From assembly GCA_964019425.1 (NCBI GenBank), contig OZ025781.1:1054001-1118000 (forward strand): a stretch of DNA of 64,000 nucleotides, written 5' to 3'. Origin of the DNA: Flectonema sp. DT1601. Its lineage: Eukaryota. The notes below the pieces were generated by a model that was given only the letters and a program-made list of their open reading frames with translations, had not been told where the DNA came from and ran no database searches. Below are positions 47,061 to 59,298 of this stretch, one piece after another (positions within the stretch are counted from its first letter, which is position 1; each line of letters opens with the position of its first letter). The position numbers were made by a program, and so were the translations under genes.

Positions 47061-49199
47061 TCAATGCATTTCAAGCAGACTTTGTGCGGAAGCCAGCAAC
47101 GCTTGATTGCCGACGAAGTATTTACGACAAGGAGGATTAAGCCAACATTTTGTTACAACCTTTTTTAAACGCTCATTATAAATGGTTATTTGCATTACTA
47201 ATCTCGAGGTAAGATCAGCAGAGAGTGACGGAACTTGAGGACAATTAATTTCACTAAACGCACAAGGCAATTGCCTAGTCCATTTTGAACCGAAATCCTC
47301 AACACAATGGATTATTGCCTTCTCATCGATTGTAGCACGACGCGCATCATATTTAGCAGTGTCTCGTAGAACTAATCCTCCCTCCTGTTCTGATGAATCT
47401 TTTTCTGGAGCTGTTTCAGTTTCAGTTTCAACGACGGATCTCATTCCACGTTCAGCCTTTGTAATTGTTCCGATGTAGTTAGGGAAGTATTCATCTATGA
47501 GAAGCTCTACTAAGTTAGATTTAGACTGAACCAAAGCATTGTCTACCATCACAAAGTCAATATGATTTGGGTCAATTTCATGATTCTCCCAAGTTGATCG
47601 AATATGATGTAAATTATGAGCATTAAATAAATGAGTTCCTCTGGCTGATAGTGATGATTTACTGTTTAGCAATCTCATGATTTCAACTAGAATCGTACTA
47701 AGTTGTGATGATAAAACTGCTATTCGATCACCGTGTTCAGTAAATGGATTCTTATCAACAAGACACTCATAGTGTGATTGAGAACAAAACATTTTTAACA
47801 AATTTCCACTAAAAACTGCGTATCTCTGAGTTGCTGGAAGAACAGTGCTGGGGGTGATTCCTTTCAATAGACCAACAGACTTATTCGCCTCTGAAAGAGC
47901 AACAGTGTTAGCCTTAACTACAACACTAAGCTGAGACCATAGCATCATTAGCACTGCTTCGTAGTAACCTGAAAGACATGGGATTTTTCTCTCTTCCATG
48001 GTGGCACGAAATTGAGTTACGAGTCTAATACAAGTCATTAGAGCTAAATAATCAAATTGTGTAGGTACAGCAGCGTGGACTGTATCTCTGAAGGCTGTTA
48101 TGACTTTTAAAAAGATTGGAATGTACAATCCTGGGTCTGAAAAGAAATCATACGAGAATACATATTCAGAAGTTACAACATCCATCAACATCACGTGCTG
48201 TGACCTGAATAGATCTTCGTATGCATATGTCCGACCTTTTTCTAAACTCGTAAATGGAATTACGATCGGCTCTCGCAATCTCTCGAGTAGATTAGTTCTC
48301 GTTTGATTAAACTTAAAGAAACCAACTGCATCATCTCCTTTCTTTGGAACTGTTGTAATTACATCTTTATTAGATATAAAGTGTTTTTCTAACTTCATTA
48401 AACAAACCAAGAATGATTTACTCCTCTTAAAATAAACCTGTGATAAGGTAGAGACGTATACATCTTTAATTTCCTGTGCTACTACCGGACTGTTTAGTAA
48501 CAGATAAGACATTAGTGGTTTGTATTTCATCATTCCAGTTGTTCTTGAGGATCCTCTGATTATGGAGATGTTCGTCATCGGTCTGGCGAGTGATTGAACT
48601 TTTTCAATTAAAAAAGACCGAATCTTACCCGACAGTAACAACGCTAAATTGTCCAGACAAGGTCGGAGTTCTTGAGCAACAGCTGTGCCTGGATGGCTAT
48701 TGATGACGGTTGATGATTTTGAGATTCCTGCTAAATATTTAACATACTTCTCATTTATTTCAGCTTTTTCCAATTCAGCTATGACATTAGGCTGGATGAC
48801 TGCTCTTGATAATATAGCAGAAACGTGTTCTTCGATATGTTTGCTGTGTTCAAGTCGGTATTGCAGAGTTGTTACTTCATTCTGCATTGTTTGGATGTCT
48901 GAAGTTACTTTCGTAATTCCTTCAGAGAAACCTTCTAAGTCTTTTTCCATAACGTCTAGCTCATGATCACATGTTGTCAATCCTTGATAAAGACCTATAA
49001 AACACTCTTGTTCGTTTATTGTTTTCTCAATGAGTTCTTCTTCAAGGTGTGATAGTTCTTCTTCTATCTGTTTGTTATATTCTTGTAGATCAATGTCCTT
49101 GTCGATTAGGTCTTCACAGACTTCTAGCTCACTTTTAAAATCCATATCAAGTAACATTGCTATATCATCATCAGAGAGGTCTTTAAAAACTCTTTTCAT
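47061..49199 (-). CDS. VPS52: Vacuolar protein sorting 52 (GARP/EARP subunit)
   Basis: N-terminal coiled coil (CDHELDVMEKDLEGFSEGITKVTSDIQTMQ), PMTNISII, YEDLFRSQHVMLMDVVTSEYVFSYDFF, KIPCLSGYYEAVLMMLW and TQRYAVF. Confidence 0.9.
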   Translation of the reverse strand: MKRVFKDLSDDDIAMLLDMDFKSELEVCEDLIDKDIDLQEYNKQIEEELSHLEEELIEKTINEQECFIGLYQGLTTCDHELDVMEKDLEGFSEGITKVTSDIQTMQNEVTTLQYRLEHSKHIEEHVSAILSRAVIQPNVIAELEKAEINEKYVKYLAGISKSSTVINSHPGTAVAQELRPCLDNLALLLSGKIRSFLIEKVQSLARPMTNISIIRGSSRTTGMMKYKPLMSYLLLNSPVVAQEIKDVYVSTLSQVYFKRSKSFLVCLMKLEKHFISNKDVITTVPKKGDDAVGFFKFNQTRTNLLERLREPIVIPFTSLEKGRTYAYEDLFRSQHVMLMDVVTSEYVFSYDFFSDPGLYIPIFLKVITAFRDTVHAAVPTQFDYLALMTCIRLVTQFRATMEERKIPCLSGYYEAVLMMLWSQLSVVVKANTVALSEANKSVGLLKGITPSTVLPATQRYAVFSGNLLKMFCSQSHYECLVDKNPFTEHGDRIAVLSSQLSTILVEIMRLLNSKSSLSARGTHLFNAHNLHHIRSTWENHEIDPNHIDFVMVDNALVQSKSNLVELLIDEYFPNYIGTITKAERGMRSVVETETETAPEKDSSEQEGGLVLRDTAKYDARRATIDEKAIIHCVEDFGSKWTRQLPCAFSEINCPQVPSLSADLTSRLVMQITIYNERLKKVVTKCWLNPPCRKYFVGNQALLASAQSLLEMH

Positions 49200-49325
49200 T
49201 TTTTTTTTTTTGTTGTTATTGTTATTGTTGTTTTATCTTTTACTGTGGAAATAATTAATAAATAAAAAAAAAGACGAGAGTATACCATTCGTAGAACAGA
49301 TTAGGTGTTCTTTTTAATAATCTAT

Positions 49326-51764
49326 TTAAATTGCCATTAATACTTCAGTGAATTCTCGAATATAACATTGAGAGTTAGATTTCAGGACCGCGTCTGCGAT
49401 ATCAGCTGCCAACTCGTTGTTTAGATTTATCTGAGATGCAGTGATACCACCATGAAATCTAACATCAGTATCGTCAAATGAATCACAAAGTATAAGACTT
49501 TTAGTAAGGTCTATTTCAAGATAATTATTTAAATAAAACACAAGTTCATACGAACACGTTAAGTCTGACAACGTAAATCGATTTAAACTAAAATTATCGA
49601 TCCCCCCAACATTTTCAAGAAGTCGAAACGAGTGACTTTTCCCAGAAATACCATTCTTCTTCAGACAATTGTTCAAAGAAGTCAACACTGAATGATGAAC
49701 AGTTTCTGTTTTACTGATGAGTAACTTTGGTAAATCAGTTGATTTTCTTCGTATTTGCAAGTACGCAGCATCTTGTAACAATGCTTTTATACTAAACAAC
49801 CCACGCATTCTTACAGTACCAATAAGGTCATCAAGCACAATGCAAACTACTAATAAACTTCCTGGTATGCAGTGATTAAAATAAACATGTCTCTTGGATA
49901 AAAATTGCAACAAAGAAAGTGACACGTGAGACATATCAATATCAGACTGCCACTTCGTGACAATAATTTTTAAAATGTCACAAAAGATAGAAAATGATTC
50001 GTAGTCAGACATGTAACTGTTGTTTGAATTCGTCTCATACGAAGACTGTAATATTGAACATAAAAATGATGTAATTTCACACATAGTCCATCTCGGTAAC
50101 GAACACTGATCAACCAGCTTCAGCAACGTCGATAATGAAATTAAAGAATTGAATGCTTTATGATCATCGTCTGTCGATTTCGTCTCCAATGATGATTTTG
50201 ATATTTTAAGTCGAATGATGAAAGTGTTATACAATTCAATAGGAACAGCGACATCCACCATGTGAAAATAATATATCAGATTAACCAGCTGTGGGCTTCC
50301 TAAATGTGATAAATTAATACCTCCGAACTTAACGTTCTTCGTTGATATTCGTCTCCTAATTGAATCAAAGAACATCTCAGATTGTAATCCTCCAGCAGTA
50401 GATTGATCATTTATAAGAAGCGGTCCGGAAATACAATGCGTCAGTTCAATGATGTGTTTTAATGACATTTTTGGAATTAGTTTAAAATCCAAAACCCTTT
50501 TTAAAACTGCATGTACCAAGTGTGGATCTCTACAGCTGTATTTGCTCTGTAAGCGTAATATCTCTAATATATTTAAACCGGAATCAGTTCGGTCTTGTAA
50601 TGACATTATTGACGCTCGTGTAAGTAAGTTGTTTCCTTCAACAGAATCAAAGAACGTCTTTGGAACTATTCTGATTAAAGACACAATATCATCACTCGTC
50701 GGTAAGTCATTATATCGTTGTTCCTTTTTCATAAATTTTGATAGTTCACAAAACCAAGCCTCTGAACCAATCCACCTACTAAAACAACTAAAAACGAACA
50801 ATGCTGATTTCCATGTCGCTGTTGCATCTTCAACAAACGACGTGTTGTGTAATAAAATAGTAAAAATCTCTTCAACGAATAAAGCGTTTTCAGGATCAGC
50901 TTTTCTCAACGAATACATAACTACTAATAAATTATCACTGGAGACTCCGGGTGATAATACGAACAAACGGAGTAGTTTGTGATATATTTTATGCTGAATA
51001 GCAGTACCAATTCTTGTCAAACATTTCGTAACTTCCGCTTCCTTCAAAAAACACAACAACGGTATAGGATCTCTATGTCTGAGAACTAACAACGAGACAA
51101 TACTGCAAGAGTTACGTGTGTTGGCTTGCGATAGTAGCGTGGTTAATAATGCTTTTGAATCTATTAAGCCTGTGTCTTGATACTTTAGTTTGTTATAAAG
51201 CAAAGAAAAAAGCACTTCCGAATAGACACTAAAATTAGAAAAATGAGGTAATATCCTAATCACGTAGTTTAACAAAGCTACGTGATTGTTTTTTGAACAC
51301 TCGTATAGAGAGATAGCTCTGTTGATGAGAATCGGAATTGTTCCATATTCATGAAAAGGCATTCCCAGCATCCCTAAATTTCCAATAGTTTTGACGGATG
51401 CCCCGAAAGATAATTGAGAGACTGTTGCCGGAAGTAATAACGTTTTTATAAACCTCTCAATGAGTGTCCTGCTACTCAATCGAATTCTAACACAACTCTG
51501 TAATGGAACGACTGCCTTGGCTTCAAATTTTGGAGATCTTATATAAGTTTCCATCGCAATATACTTCGCTAAATCAAAACCATATCTTGTCTTATCAATA
51601 CAATGCCACATCTGTAACAACTCTATCTCATTTACTTTCACAGGTCCAATCGCATACGCTGCTGTTAATTCATTCGCTAACGTCATCCATAACTTTTTCG
51701 AATCAGGGAGATCCCTAACAATTTCTTGCAAGCGGGGGGCGCAATTCGAAACACCCCTCTTCAT
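49326..51764 (-). CDS. Hypothetical helical protein (812 aa)
   Basis: Long uninterrupted Leu/Ser-rich ORF on the cluster strand. No family recognised. Confidence 0.75.
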   Translation of the reverse strand: MKRGVSNCAPRLQEIVRDLPDSKKLWMTLANELTAAYAIGPVKVNEIELLQMWHCIDKTRYGFDLAKYIAMETYIRSPKFEAKAVVPLQSCVRIRLSSRTLIERFIKTLLLPATVSQLSFGASVKTIGNLGMLGMPFHEYGTIPILINRAISLYECSKNNHVALLNYVIRILPHFSNFSVYSEVLFSLLYNKLKYQDTGLIDSKALLTTLLSQANTRNSCSIVSLLVLRHRDPIPLLCFLKEAEVTKCLTRIGTAIQHKIYHKLLRLFVLSPGVSSDNLLVVMYSLRKADPENALFVEEIFTILLHNTSFVEDATATWKSALFVFSCFSRWIGSEAWFCELSKFMKKEQRYNDLPTSDDIVSLIRIVPKTFFDSVEGNNLLTRASIMSLQDRTDSGLNILEILRLQSKYSCRDPHLVHAVLKRVLDFKLIPKMSLKHIIELTHCISGPLLINDQSTAGGLQSEMFFDSIRRRISTKNVKFGGINLSHLGSPQLVNLIYYFHMVDVAVPIELYNTFIIRLKISKSSLETKSTDDDHKAFNSLISLSTLLKLVDQCSLPRWTMCEITSFLCSILQSSYETNSNNSYMSDYESFSIFCDILKIIVTKWQSDIDMSHVSLSLLQFLSKRHVYFNHCIPGSLLVVCIVLDDLIGTVRMRGLFSIKALLQDAAYLQIRRKSTDLPKLLISKTETVHHSVLTSLNNCLKKNGISGKSHSFRLLENVGGIDNFSLNRFTLSDLTCSYELVFYLNNYLEIDLTKSLILCDSFDDTDVRFHGGITASQINLNNELAADIADAVLKSNSQCYIREFTEVLMAI

Positions 51765-52071
51765 TTGTTACGAGATAACAAGATTCATATATACTTACCC
51801 GAGTACCTGGTGTTATGACTAAAATGTTAACTACAGTTTGACAATATAGAAACAACCTTAAATACTCACAGATAAGACTGTGAAGTATGATTGATAATTC
51901 ATCATATTAGAACATAACTCCAGGAATCGTTGTCGAATCTGCAGTGGGGAGAAGAAGAAGTATTGTATTTGTGACATCAAAGAGTGATTCTCATTAACAC
52001 GTCAAACTATCCCAAGTACCGATACTAATAACTTGAAGTGGAAAAACAACACTAAGACAGAGTAAAAGTGT

Positions 52072-52450
52072 TTACCAGGTAGGGTCCTTGCTCTTCTTAC
52101 GTCCCTGGTCGGCCAACTCGAAGTGCTTGCATCTCTTGATCGAAGAAAGCTTGACTCTCTTACATTTAGTGCACTGGAGTTTCAAAGAGATCTTCTTAGT
52201 AGTCTTCGCCTTCTTGTGGAACACAGGCTTGGTCTGTCCTCCAAACCCCTTCTGCTTGGCGTCGTAACGACGCTTTCCCTGGGCACAGAGACGGGACTTA
52301 CCCGACTTGTACTGGACTACCTGTATTACATTAGTTTGTTTCCAATTATCTTAACAAAACTGTTACCTAAGAAACACATACCTTATGGTTCACATAAGTC
52401 AAGCAGTTTCCTGCGCAGTAGGACTTCTTCGACTTCGGATAGTTGACCAT
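52072..52450 (-). CDS. RPL44: 60S ribosomal protein eL42 (L36a/L44); exons 52450-52382, 52320-52072 (105 aa)
   Basis: Manual translation gives [12 protein letters not shown]...[48 protein letters not shown]...IKRCKHFEL, with a 61-nt GTATG..CAG intron. Missing from the ORF track. Confidence 0.97.
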
Positions 52451-52652
52451 CTCTATATTACCTAATGGTTGGGGGGAATTAAGATTATTATAGTAACATT
52501 TATACAACACACTGAGAGGTTTTAACAAGAAACTAATCCTCCAAAAGAGTTGCTTTAGTTTTAAAAAGCGTACCCTACCTACCTACCCTATCGAAATATT
52601 TAACTTACTAATAATTTACTGGTCGAAGTCAATAACAAATATTTGGTGAATG

Positions 52653-53483
52653 TTAGATAAGTAACTTCCTGTCAACAGCAGGTTTTGGATTACTAAAAAT
52701 GATATCATCATGGCTTGAAGATGATTCTTCAGTTTCTGACGAATCACGAGGAGAATCAACTAGGGCTGTTCCTCTCCAAGCGATGGCATTCTTATGAAGG
52801 AGGTGGATGATCGCTGAAACTGTTGGAAGTGAATTCCTATCAGACGCAACCCATTCAGCTGCAGCATCCTCAATTGCTTGAATAGCAAGGTCTGAAGCTT
52901 GCTCAGGATCACCCAATACCTCAGCAGTAAAAGTACAATAATTGAGTGTTAAGGCAAGTCTAACTCTATTAGCTGGTGACAGTGAAACTGCAGAGAGATC
53001 CAAGGCACGGCTGTACGCAGAAGTGCACAACTCCAAGAAGCGTTTCCCATCACTACTACCAGGCTCGGCGGATACAGTCGCGCATCGGAGAATATCTGCC
53101 TGCCATTTCATATAAAATACTTCATTCTCTGGTAGGATGGCTGACGGTAATAAATGACACGCCAGTAACTGTGATACTTCAGCACAGATATTCCTAATCT
53201 CAGCCAATAACCTACTATGTAGCGTATGGAGAGAAGCAGCTATTTCATTCTGAACGTTTGAGTCGTTGTCCTTCAGTTCTCTCAGCTTCCCATAGATCTT
53301 CTGTGAGATCGCTATTGGATCAGCCAAGGCTTTGTAATAAGCTACTGAAAGGGTTTGCTTTTCTTCGTCTGACAAACTGATGTTCATTTCCGCAATTTCT
53401 CTCATTAAATTGGCCATCTGCCGATGCCTACCACAACTCTCAGCTATAAGCGCTTTCTGAAGCAACTCTTGTCGCTCTGACAT
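52653..53483 (-). CDS. Divergent 14-3-3-like protein (~276 aa)
   Basis: MSERQELLQKALIAE, LSDEEKQTLSVAY, EIRNICAEV, VFYMKWQADILR and VRLALTLNY align to 14-3-3 helices. The ATG at 53483 follows a TTTTACAG acceptor. Confidence 0.85.
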   Translation of the reverse strand: MSERQELLQKALIAESCGRHRQMANLMREIAEMNISLSDEEKQTLSVAYYKALADPIAISQKIYGKLRELKDNDSNVQNEIAASLHTLHSRLLAEIRNICAEVSQLLACHLLPSAILPENEVFYMKWQADILRCATVSAEPGSSDGKRFLELCTSAYSRALDLSAVSLSPANRVRLALTLNYCTFTAEVLGDPEQASDLAIQAIEDAAAEWVASDRNSLPTVSAIIHLLHKNAIAWRGTALVDSPRDSSETEESSSSHDDIIFSNPKPAVDRKLLI

Positions 53484-56400
53484 GTTGAAGCGCCTGTAAA
53501 AGTGATGTATGCTGTAAAGCATTTCATATTGCACGCATTGCTTAAGACGAAATGCACCGTCAAAATATATGTAGCCTGTATGAAACAATAAGTAATCTCT
53601 AAATACTACAAAATAATACTTGCCGACGACCTCTACCCCCCTCCCCCGGGTGCCGTTCAGTACTGGTTGAGCACACAATTCTTTGCAGTCAGGGTTGCGT
53701 TCAATTTTCAACTGTCGCAGGTAACTACAGTGTTATGAAATAATACTACCTGATAGTAGTTTATTATTTCGTAAAACGTGAGACCTAACAAACAAATACT
53801 GTAATAACAGATATGAACACTCGCTAGTGTTTAATAAGAATTGGACTGCTATTCTGACAACCTGAGCGCGCCCCCACTTCGATCAATCAAAAGATCAAAA
53901 TCCACCTCAAAGATAATTAGTAATGTCATTCACGATTGATGTGACAACAGCCTGTGTCCCTTTTACTTTGATGAGTGTCAACCACTCAAATCCCGATTTT
54001 GCTGCATAAATCGGTCTCGACTGTTAATACCCAAGTACGTGATCAACAGCAGACTTGCACAAAGAAAAGAAAAGAAAAAAAATGAAAGTCTGATTAATTT
54101 TGTAAGGTTTGTAAAAACAGCCAGCCACTAGTCCTAAAGAAGACTGACCTATGGTCAACAGTATTGTGGCTCGTTAAGGGGTCTTTAGGAGTTAATTTTA
54201 GTGCAGAAATCACCAACTAGGGAGACTACACAAAGGATACAAACTCTTGTTCATAACTAAATTATGTCAAACATTACTTCTACCAGGCACTCCAATGACA
54301 TCCTGATTTCTAGTTTTTTGAAAGTGTCAAAACCTTTCTTTTTACTTGTTTTCTTTTTTTTTTCATCATTTCCGTTCCTCTCCGACGATTTCGCTTCGGT
54401 AAGGTAGGGAACCACAAAAAAAAAAAAAGTAGGAAAAAAAAAAAAGAAAAAAACACGAATTTAATTGCCCACACCGAAAACACAGTTGGATCAGGTGGCA
54501 TGTGGTTACGAAAACACGTCTCCGCTTCGAGTTTCGTTATCCATAAGAAAAAGCCGTTCTCAACAGGGGATGTCGTTAAAAGAAAAGTCCGGGGAAGCGA
54601 GTATTCATTCATCGTTAAGTAAATGGCGAATATAATTACTAACTAAATAATGTGACACATCCTCCGTTCAGTAGTGTGAGTTAAAACGTTCCTGGGGGAA
54701 AAACGCACTTTTTTTACATCGGAATAAAAAAAAATTTCACAACTCCCCTTTTTCTCGTATTTTTCTTATAACTAAAACTAAATTCAGCTATTTAACATTA
54801 GCAGATCGGCTTAAGAAAAGTTTTAAAAAACTGAAACACCGATCAAAAAAAAAAAAAAAAAAAAAAAGGCGAAATGACCAACATCAACCCAACATGGAGC
54901 ACTTAATCACCTGACGACAATAGCTTGTTCGAAATTTAAACGAGGAGAAAGAAATAAATCCCTAGAGGATGCTACCACGTGTATCTGTTTCTGAAGAAAG
55001 ACTCTCTTTCCAATGACAGTGAGATCACATCTTAAGTCTCATTAATAACAATTTGTAAAGAACAAGTCGGCGACTTGATAAGGATAGCTGTAGTCACCAA
55101 AGGGTACTGTGCCACTTTTATTTATTTTTGCTGAAAAAGAACTCCTTGTGTGGTAAAAAATAAATTTTCTTTTTTTTTTAAACATGAGAAATACTACAAC
55201 GAAAATCATCATACAGACGGTGACTACCAACAGCTTTATGTCACAATAAGTATAACACGGAAATACAGCTGAGTACATTAAGGCAATGAGGCGCACATCA
55301 TCATCTGTCTCTTTCCCGTAGTTAAAACACATGGAGGGGGAAATAGGGGAAAACAAGGAACATAAAAGCCTAATGGCTAAACAATCAGTGCAACCAGAAG
55401 CACGTCCAACGTTGGAAAAAGAAATACCTAAAATGAACCTTTAAGGCTATAGATAATACTTTCGAGGAAAATAAAAACTGCTTACGGGGAGGGGAAAGGT
55501 GCCCAAACTGACAGTGCACCGTCATCGTAGCAAAAAAAAAGAAGAAAACTTTTTAAAAAAAGAAAAACAAATAAAAAAAATATATTTAGGAAAAAAAAAA
55601 AAAAGGAAATTTAAAACATGGCTGCTCAACACAACAGGAGAATATAGCAAAAACTGAAAACACCAAAAAAAAAAAAAAAAAAACTTCTTTTTAAACAGAT
55701 TGATACCGTGACATCTCACCGACAACTACCCTCAAGGAAGCTCAAAGGGAGTAGCAAGATATTCAATTCTGTTGAGATGCAGAACTTGGTTCTGACATGT
55801 GAAATCGAAGTAAAAACAATAACTGAATGAGGGGGAGAAGAAAAAAAAAAAAAGAAAAAAAAAAACGTGAGAAAAGTTGCAGATTCCAACTTTAAGATAA
55901 CTGAACAACTTTAATAATAACAAGAATGGTAAAGTGAATAAGTAATCACTTGTGTTAGTCTCACTTAAGTAATCCAACGTGGTGGTCTTAACTTCTGACT
56001 TCTGAGTGTGCGAATTAACAACACAAAAAGACTCGTCGGTGCACGAACCGTCAACCAGTGTTGAAAACTTAATTATACTAAAAAAGGGGGGGAAGCCTAC
56101 CATTCTGCCATCCATCCTTGTTAACTAGGCTCGAAAAAAAAATTTTAATTTTAAAAAAAAAAAGAGGAAAAAAAAAACTTAATTAGTGTGTAACAAATCT
56201 GTACCAAAACAGAAAAGGTCAGCGAATTATTTCGGCAAGTCCTCAAGGAGTCTTCTGTATTTCAAGCTGAACAAATGTCATTTTCCCAACAAAGTAGCCA
56301 GAAAGGTTTGTGGTGTCATTCCTTGTTTCCCTTCAAGCAAGAGGAAATACCATTCCACTCATGTACTTAGCTACGTGTCCACTACAGGGTAGCAAATGAC

Positions 56401-56923
56401 GAAATGGAAGTTTCGTATTTCCTTTTTTTGAATAACAAAAAAACACATAATAAAAATAAAAAAAATTTAAAAAAAAAAAAAAAAAAAACCACAAAAAAAA
56501 AAAAGGGGAAAAAATTTAAATAACTTGTGAAAAAGAAAAAGGAAAAAGAAAAAAGCGGTCGGGGGGGTTTTTTTTACGGGGTGAGAAAAGGCGGTAAAAA
56601 TAATCACTACCCGATATATGATTAACGATCTACTGCAAACATCGTTCAGTCTCGGCACAGAGTCTGTAAATTGATAGGATAAGAAGCTACGAAAATAAGA
56701 TCCTTCGAATACTCACCAGAAACAGAAACATGCAGGCTTGTATCATCACAAAGATAGCATTGAGTTCGAGCACAGTATCATACAGTCATCTGGACCATAC
56801 ATTGGTACAGTAAAAGAGAGTCCAAAGAGGAGACTATGACCACAATATGATTAAAGTATGCCAGTAAGTGTAAAAGGTTAATAAGAGCTATTTGACATAT
56901 AGAGAGTCTTGGGTTGCCATATA

Positions 56924-59038
56924 TTAGTAATCAATGTCACCAGGAGCTGCTACCAACTCCTCATCTGAATCAGACTCCGAGTCACATCGTATAGATGAAT
57001 AGTATGGGGGAGGATCGCAGTCAGGTGGAGGAGGATATATGCCAGTAGATACTTCCCCTGTAATGGGACATACTTCTCCTTCACAGGGAAGATGCGAATA
57101 GTCCTCCTCATTTGACGAAAGGCTATCCCAATCATCAGGAGTAACATCATGAAAATATCTCTCATTACCAGCAACCTCAATACATCTAACCAAAGGATAA
57201 TTAGTGTTTTCACAAAGTTCTTTCCACGCTGTTCTAAAAGTTGCTTTCACGTATGTAAATTTTAATTTTTGTAATCCCCTACAAACATTCAACCCCTTCG
57301 GGTAATCATTATCTGTTAATTTCTCATAAGGATCCATAATAGCAAAATGGATGTTTTGAATATTTTTACTTGGGTGAATCATCGGTGAAATACAACCCTC
57401 TTCCCAACCCAAGTCTTTCTTTGTAAGACTATGATTATGCCTGACTGTAACAACATCGTTGTCATAATCAAACTCTGATGCTCCATAGTATTTAAAAAAA
57501 CCACCAATAAGAGTACCGACTCTGTAACTAAAATCGTCACTATTGACTGGTACCGGGATAAGGTCAGGAAGAGGTGCTTTGATATGCACGCTGTCTTTCA
57601 GTAGATCTGGATCAGTAAACTCCACAACATTCTTAGTTAGACAATAGTGAATGAATAATAAAGTAATAGCATAGCTGGAGAGGTAACCAATTCTTGGATT
57701 ATTTATTCCTATTTGCTTACTCCATGCTTTAATACCGACAGCTGCTACTCTCAGATCAGGATTTATAAAGTAAGCTCGTAGTAGTCTGCTGTTGTAGACT
57801 CCAAATAGTCTAAATGACAGATCAAAAGGAGAATCTAACGGGATGTGTTGATTTACTAGTGATCCATTAGGTTCATTCTTTATTATCGGACAACGTGCGT
57901 GAGGAATAGATTGAAATCCCCTGAATTTGTATTTTCTTGTTAAAACTTTGCCTAAGAAACGTACAACTTCAGATTCGTCAACCTCAGGTATCAAACTGCC
58001 AGTATCGTACATGTCACAAGCAATGTCTAAGTCTGATGTTTGTTCAGCTAGTCCAGAAACCGACGATCCGAACATGTGAATAGTCGCGGCTTGATAATCG
58101 TGTCTTTGCTTTCTAATTATTTTTTGTATTTCAGAAATAACTCTTTTTTTTGTTTCTAAATTTTCATCATCTTGTAACTCAACAGATGCACAGCAACTCT
58201 CTCCAAGATTTCTTATGTTTTCAACTGGACACTCATCTGGTCCTCTTACAAGACGGAGGTACCTTCCAAGAGTTCGTTCCATATCGATATCATAGTCTTT
58301 TGAAACAGTTCTCGATTTGCTAACTAGAGCAACACCCGTAATGAATACTAACTTTAAAGAATCATACAATTTCTTGTAGCGTTCAGCCAGTTCTTGTCTA
58401 GGACCTCGTAAAGTAACTCTAAGTCTATCTCTCTTGTCTTGTGCTCTGAAGAATGTTTTTTCTTTTCTAATATGCTCGTAGACTGCTGTTGCCAGTGAGG
58501 GTATAAAACAATCAACGCTAACGCAATCATATGCAGCCGAACCACTGTCAAGTAGGACATCAGCTCCGGCACTCTCACTGTGGTTTGGAGAGTCTTTGAG
58601 AATAGGTTCTTCAAATAAAGAATTTACTTTATGTTCTTCACCAAAAACGTAGTTAGTGTTTTCAATAGGGTGAAGGTATACTCCATACTTTTCACATAAA
58701 TCTCGGTAGGTTATGTGAGATTCTGAACCCACAAGACGTCGTTTTATTGGTTTTTCGATGACTGGCCAACTGACAACTAGTTCTTTAACCGTCTTTGGAC
58801 CGATCCATTGGGTAGGTTGGTTGTTCCCGTTTGAGCGTCCATTTCTGTATCCACCACCACCTCCTCCGTTCCTGTATACACTGTTGCCACCGCCTCCGTT
58901 ATACCCACCATTACCACTACCTCCTCCGCCGTAGTTGTTTCTATTGGAGATGAAGTTTCGGCCATTGGCCCCACCTCCACCTCCTCCTCGACCTCTTCCT
59001 GCTCCTCCGCGTCCCACTATGTTCCTTCGTTCAATCAT
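56924..59038 (-). CDS. Terminal uridylyltransferase / non-canonical poly(A) polymerase (Cid1/TUT family) with N-terminal RGG/Gly-rich region
   Basis: FGSSVSGLAEQTSDLDI (hGS..DxD), HARCPIIK, FDLS, GVYNSRLLRAY, IKAWSK, GYLSSYAITLLFIHY and IMDPYE (PAP-associated). Confidence 0.92.
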   Translation of the reverse strand: MIERRNIVGRGGAGRGRGGGGGGANGRNFISNRNNYGGGGSGNGGYNGGGGNSVYRNGGGGGGYRNGRSNGNNQPTQWIGPKTVKELVVSWPVIEKPIKRRLVGSESHITYRDLCEKYGVYLHPIENTNYVFGEEHKVNSLFEEPILKDSPNHSESAGADVLLDSGSAAYDCVSVDCFIPSLATAVYEHIRKEKTFFRAQDKRDRLRVTLRGPRQELAERYKKLYDSLKLVFITGVALVSKSRTVSKDYDIDMERTLGRYLRLVRGPDECPVENIRNLGESCCASVELQDDENLETKKRVISEIQKIIRKQRHDYQAATIHMFGSSVSGLAEQTSDLDIACDMYDTGSLIPEVDESEVVRFLGKVLTRKYKFRGFQSIPHARCPIIKNEPNGSLVNQHIPLDSPFDLSFRLFGVYNSRLLRAYFINPDLRVAAVGIKAWSKQIGINNPRIGYLSSYAITLLFIHYCLTKNVVEFTDPDLLKDSVHIKAPLPDLIPVPVNSDDFSYRVGTLIGGFFKYYGASEFDYDNDVVTVRHNHSLTKKDLGWEEGCISPMIHPSKNIQNIHFAIMDPYEKLTDNDYPKGLNVCRGLQKLKFTYVKATFRTAWKELCENTNYPLVRCIEVAGNERYFHDVTPDDWDSLSSNEEDYSHLPCEGEVCPITGEVSTGIYPPPPDCDPPPYYSSIRCDSESDSDEELVAAPGDIDY

Positions 59039-59298
59039 TTGTTCTGTTCCCTTACTTTCTCTTGTAAAAACTTATCTCTCTGTTTTGAAAATTAATTATA
59101 TATAAATAGAACGTCGTCGGTGAGAGCATTGAAAGAAATGACAACTGTGTAAATAACAAAGCAATCCCAACTCGACACCTGATAAGGTGCAATGAGGGAA
59201 ATAACCAGCGCGGCAGCGGAAATGTAGAAAAGGAAAAACAAAAAAAAAATAATAAATTTTATTCAAACTTGTCAAAATTTGACGACTGCTACAGATAA

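Noticed and set aside
53484..53711. N-terminal extension of the 14-3-3 ORF in the track
   Set aside because: It uses a non-ATG start. Homology begins at the ATG at 53483, just after a plausible acceptor.
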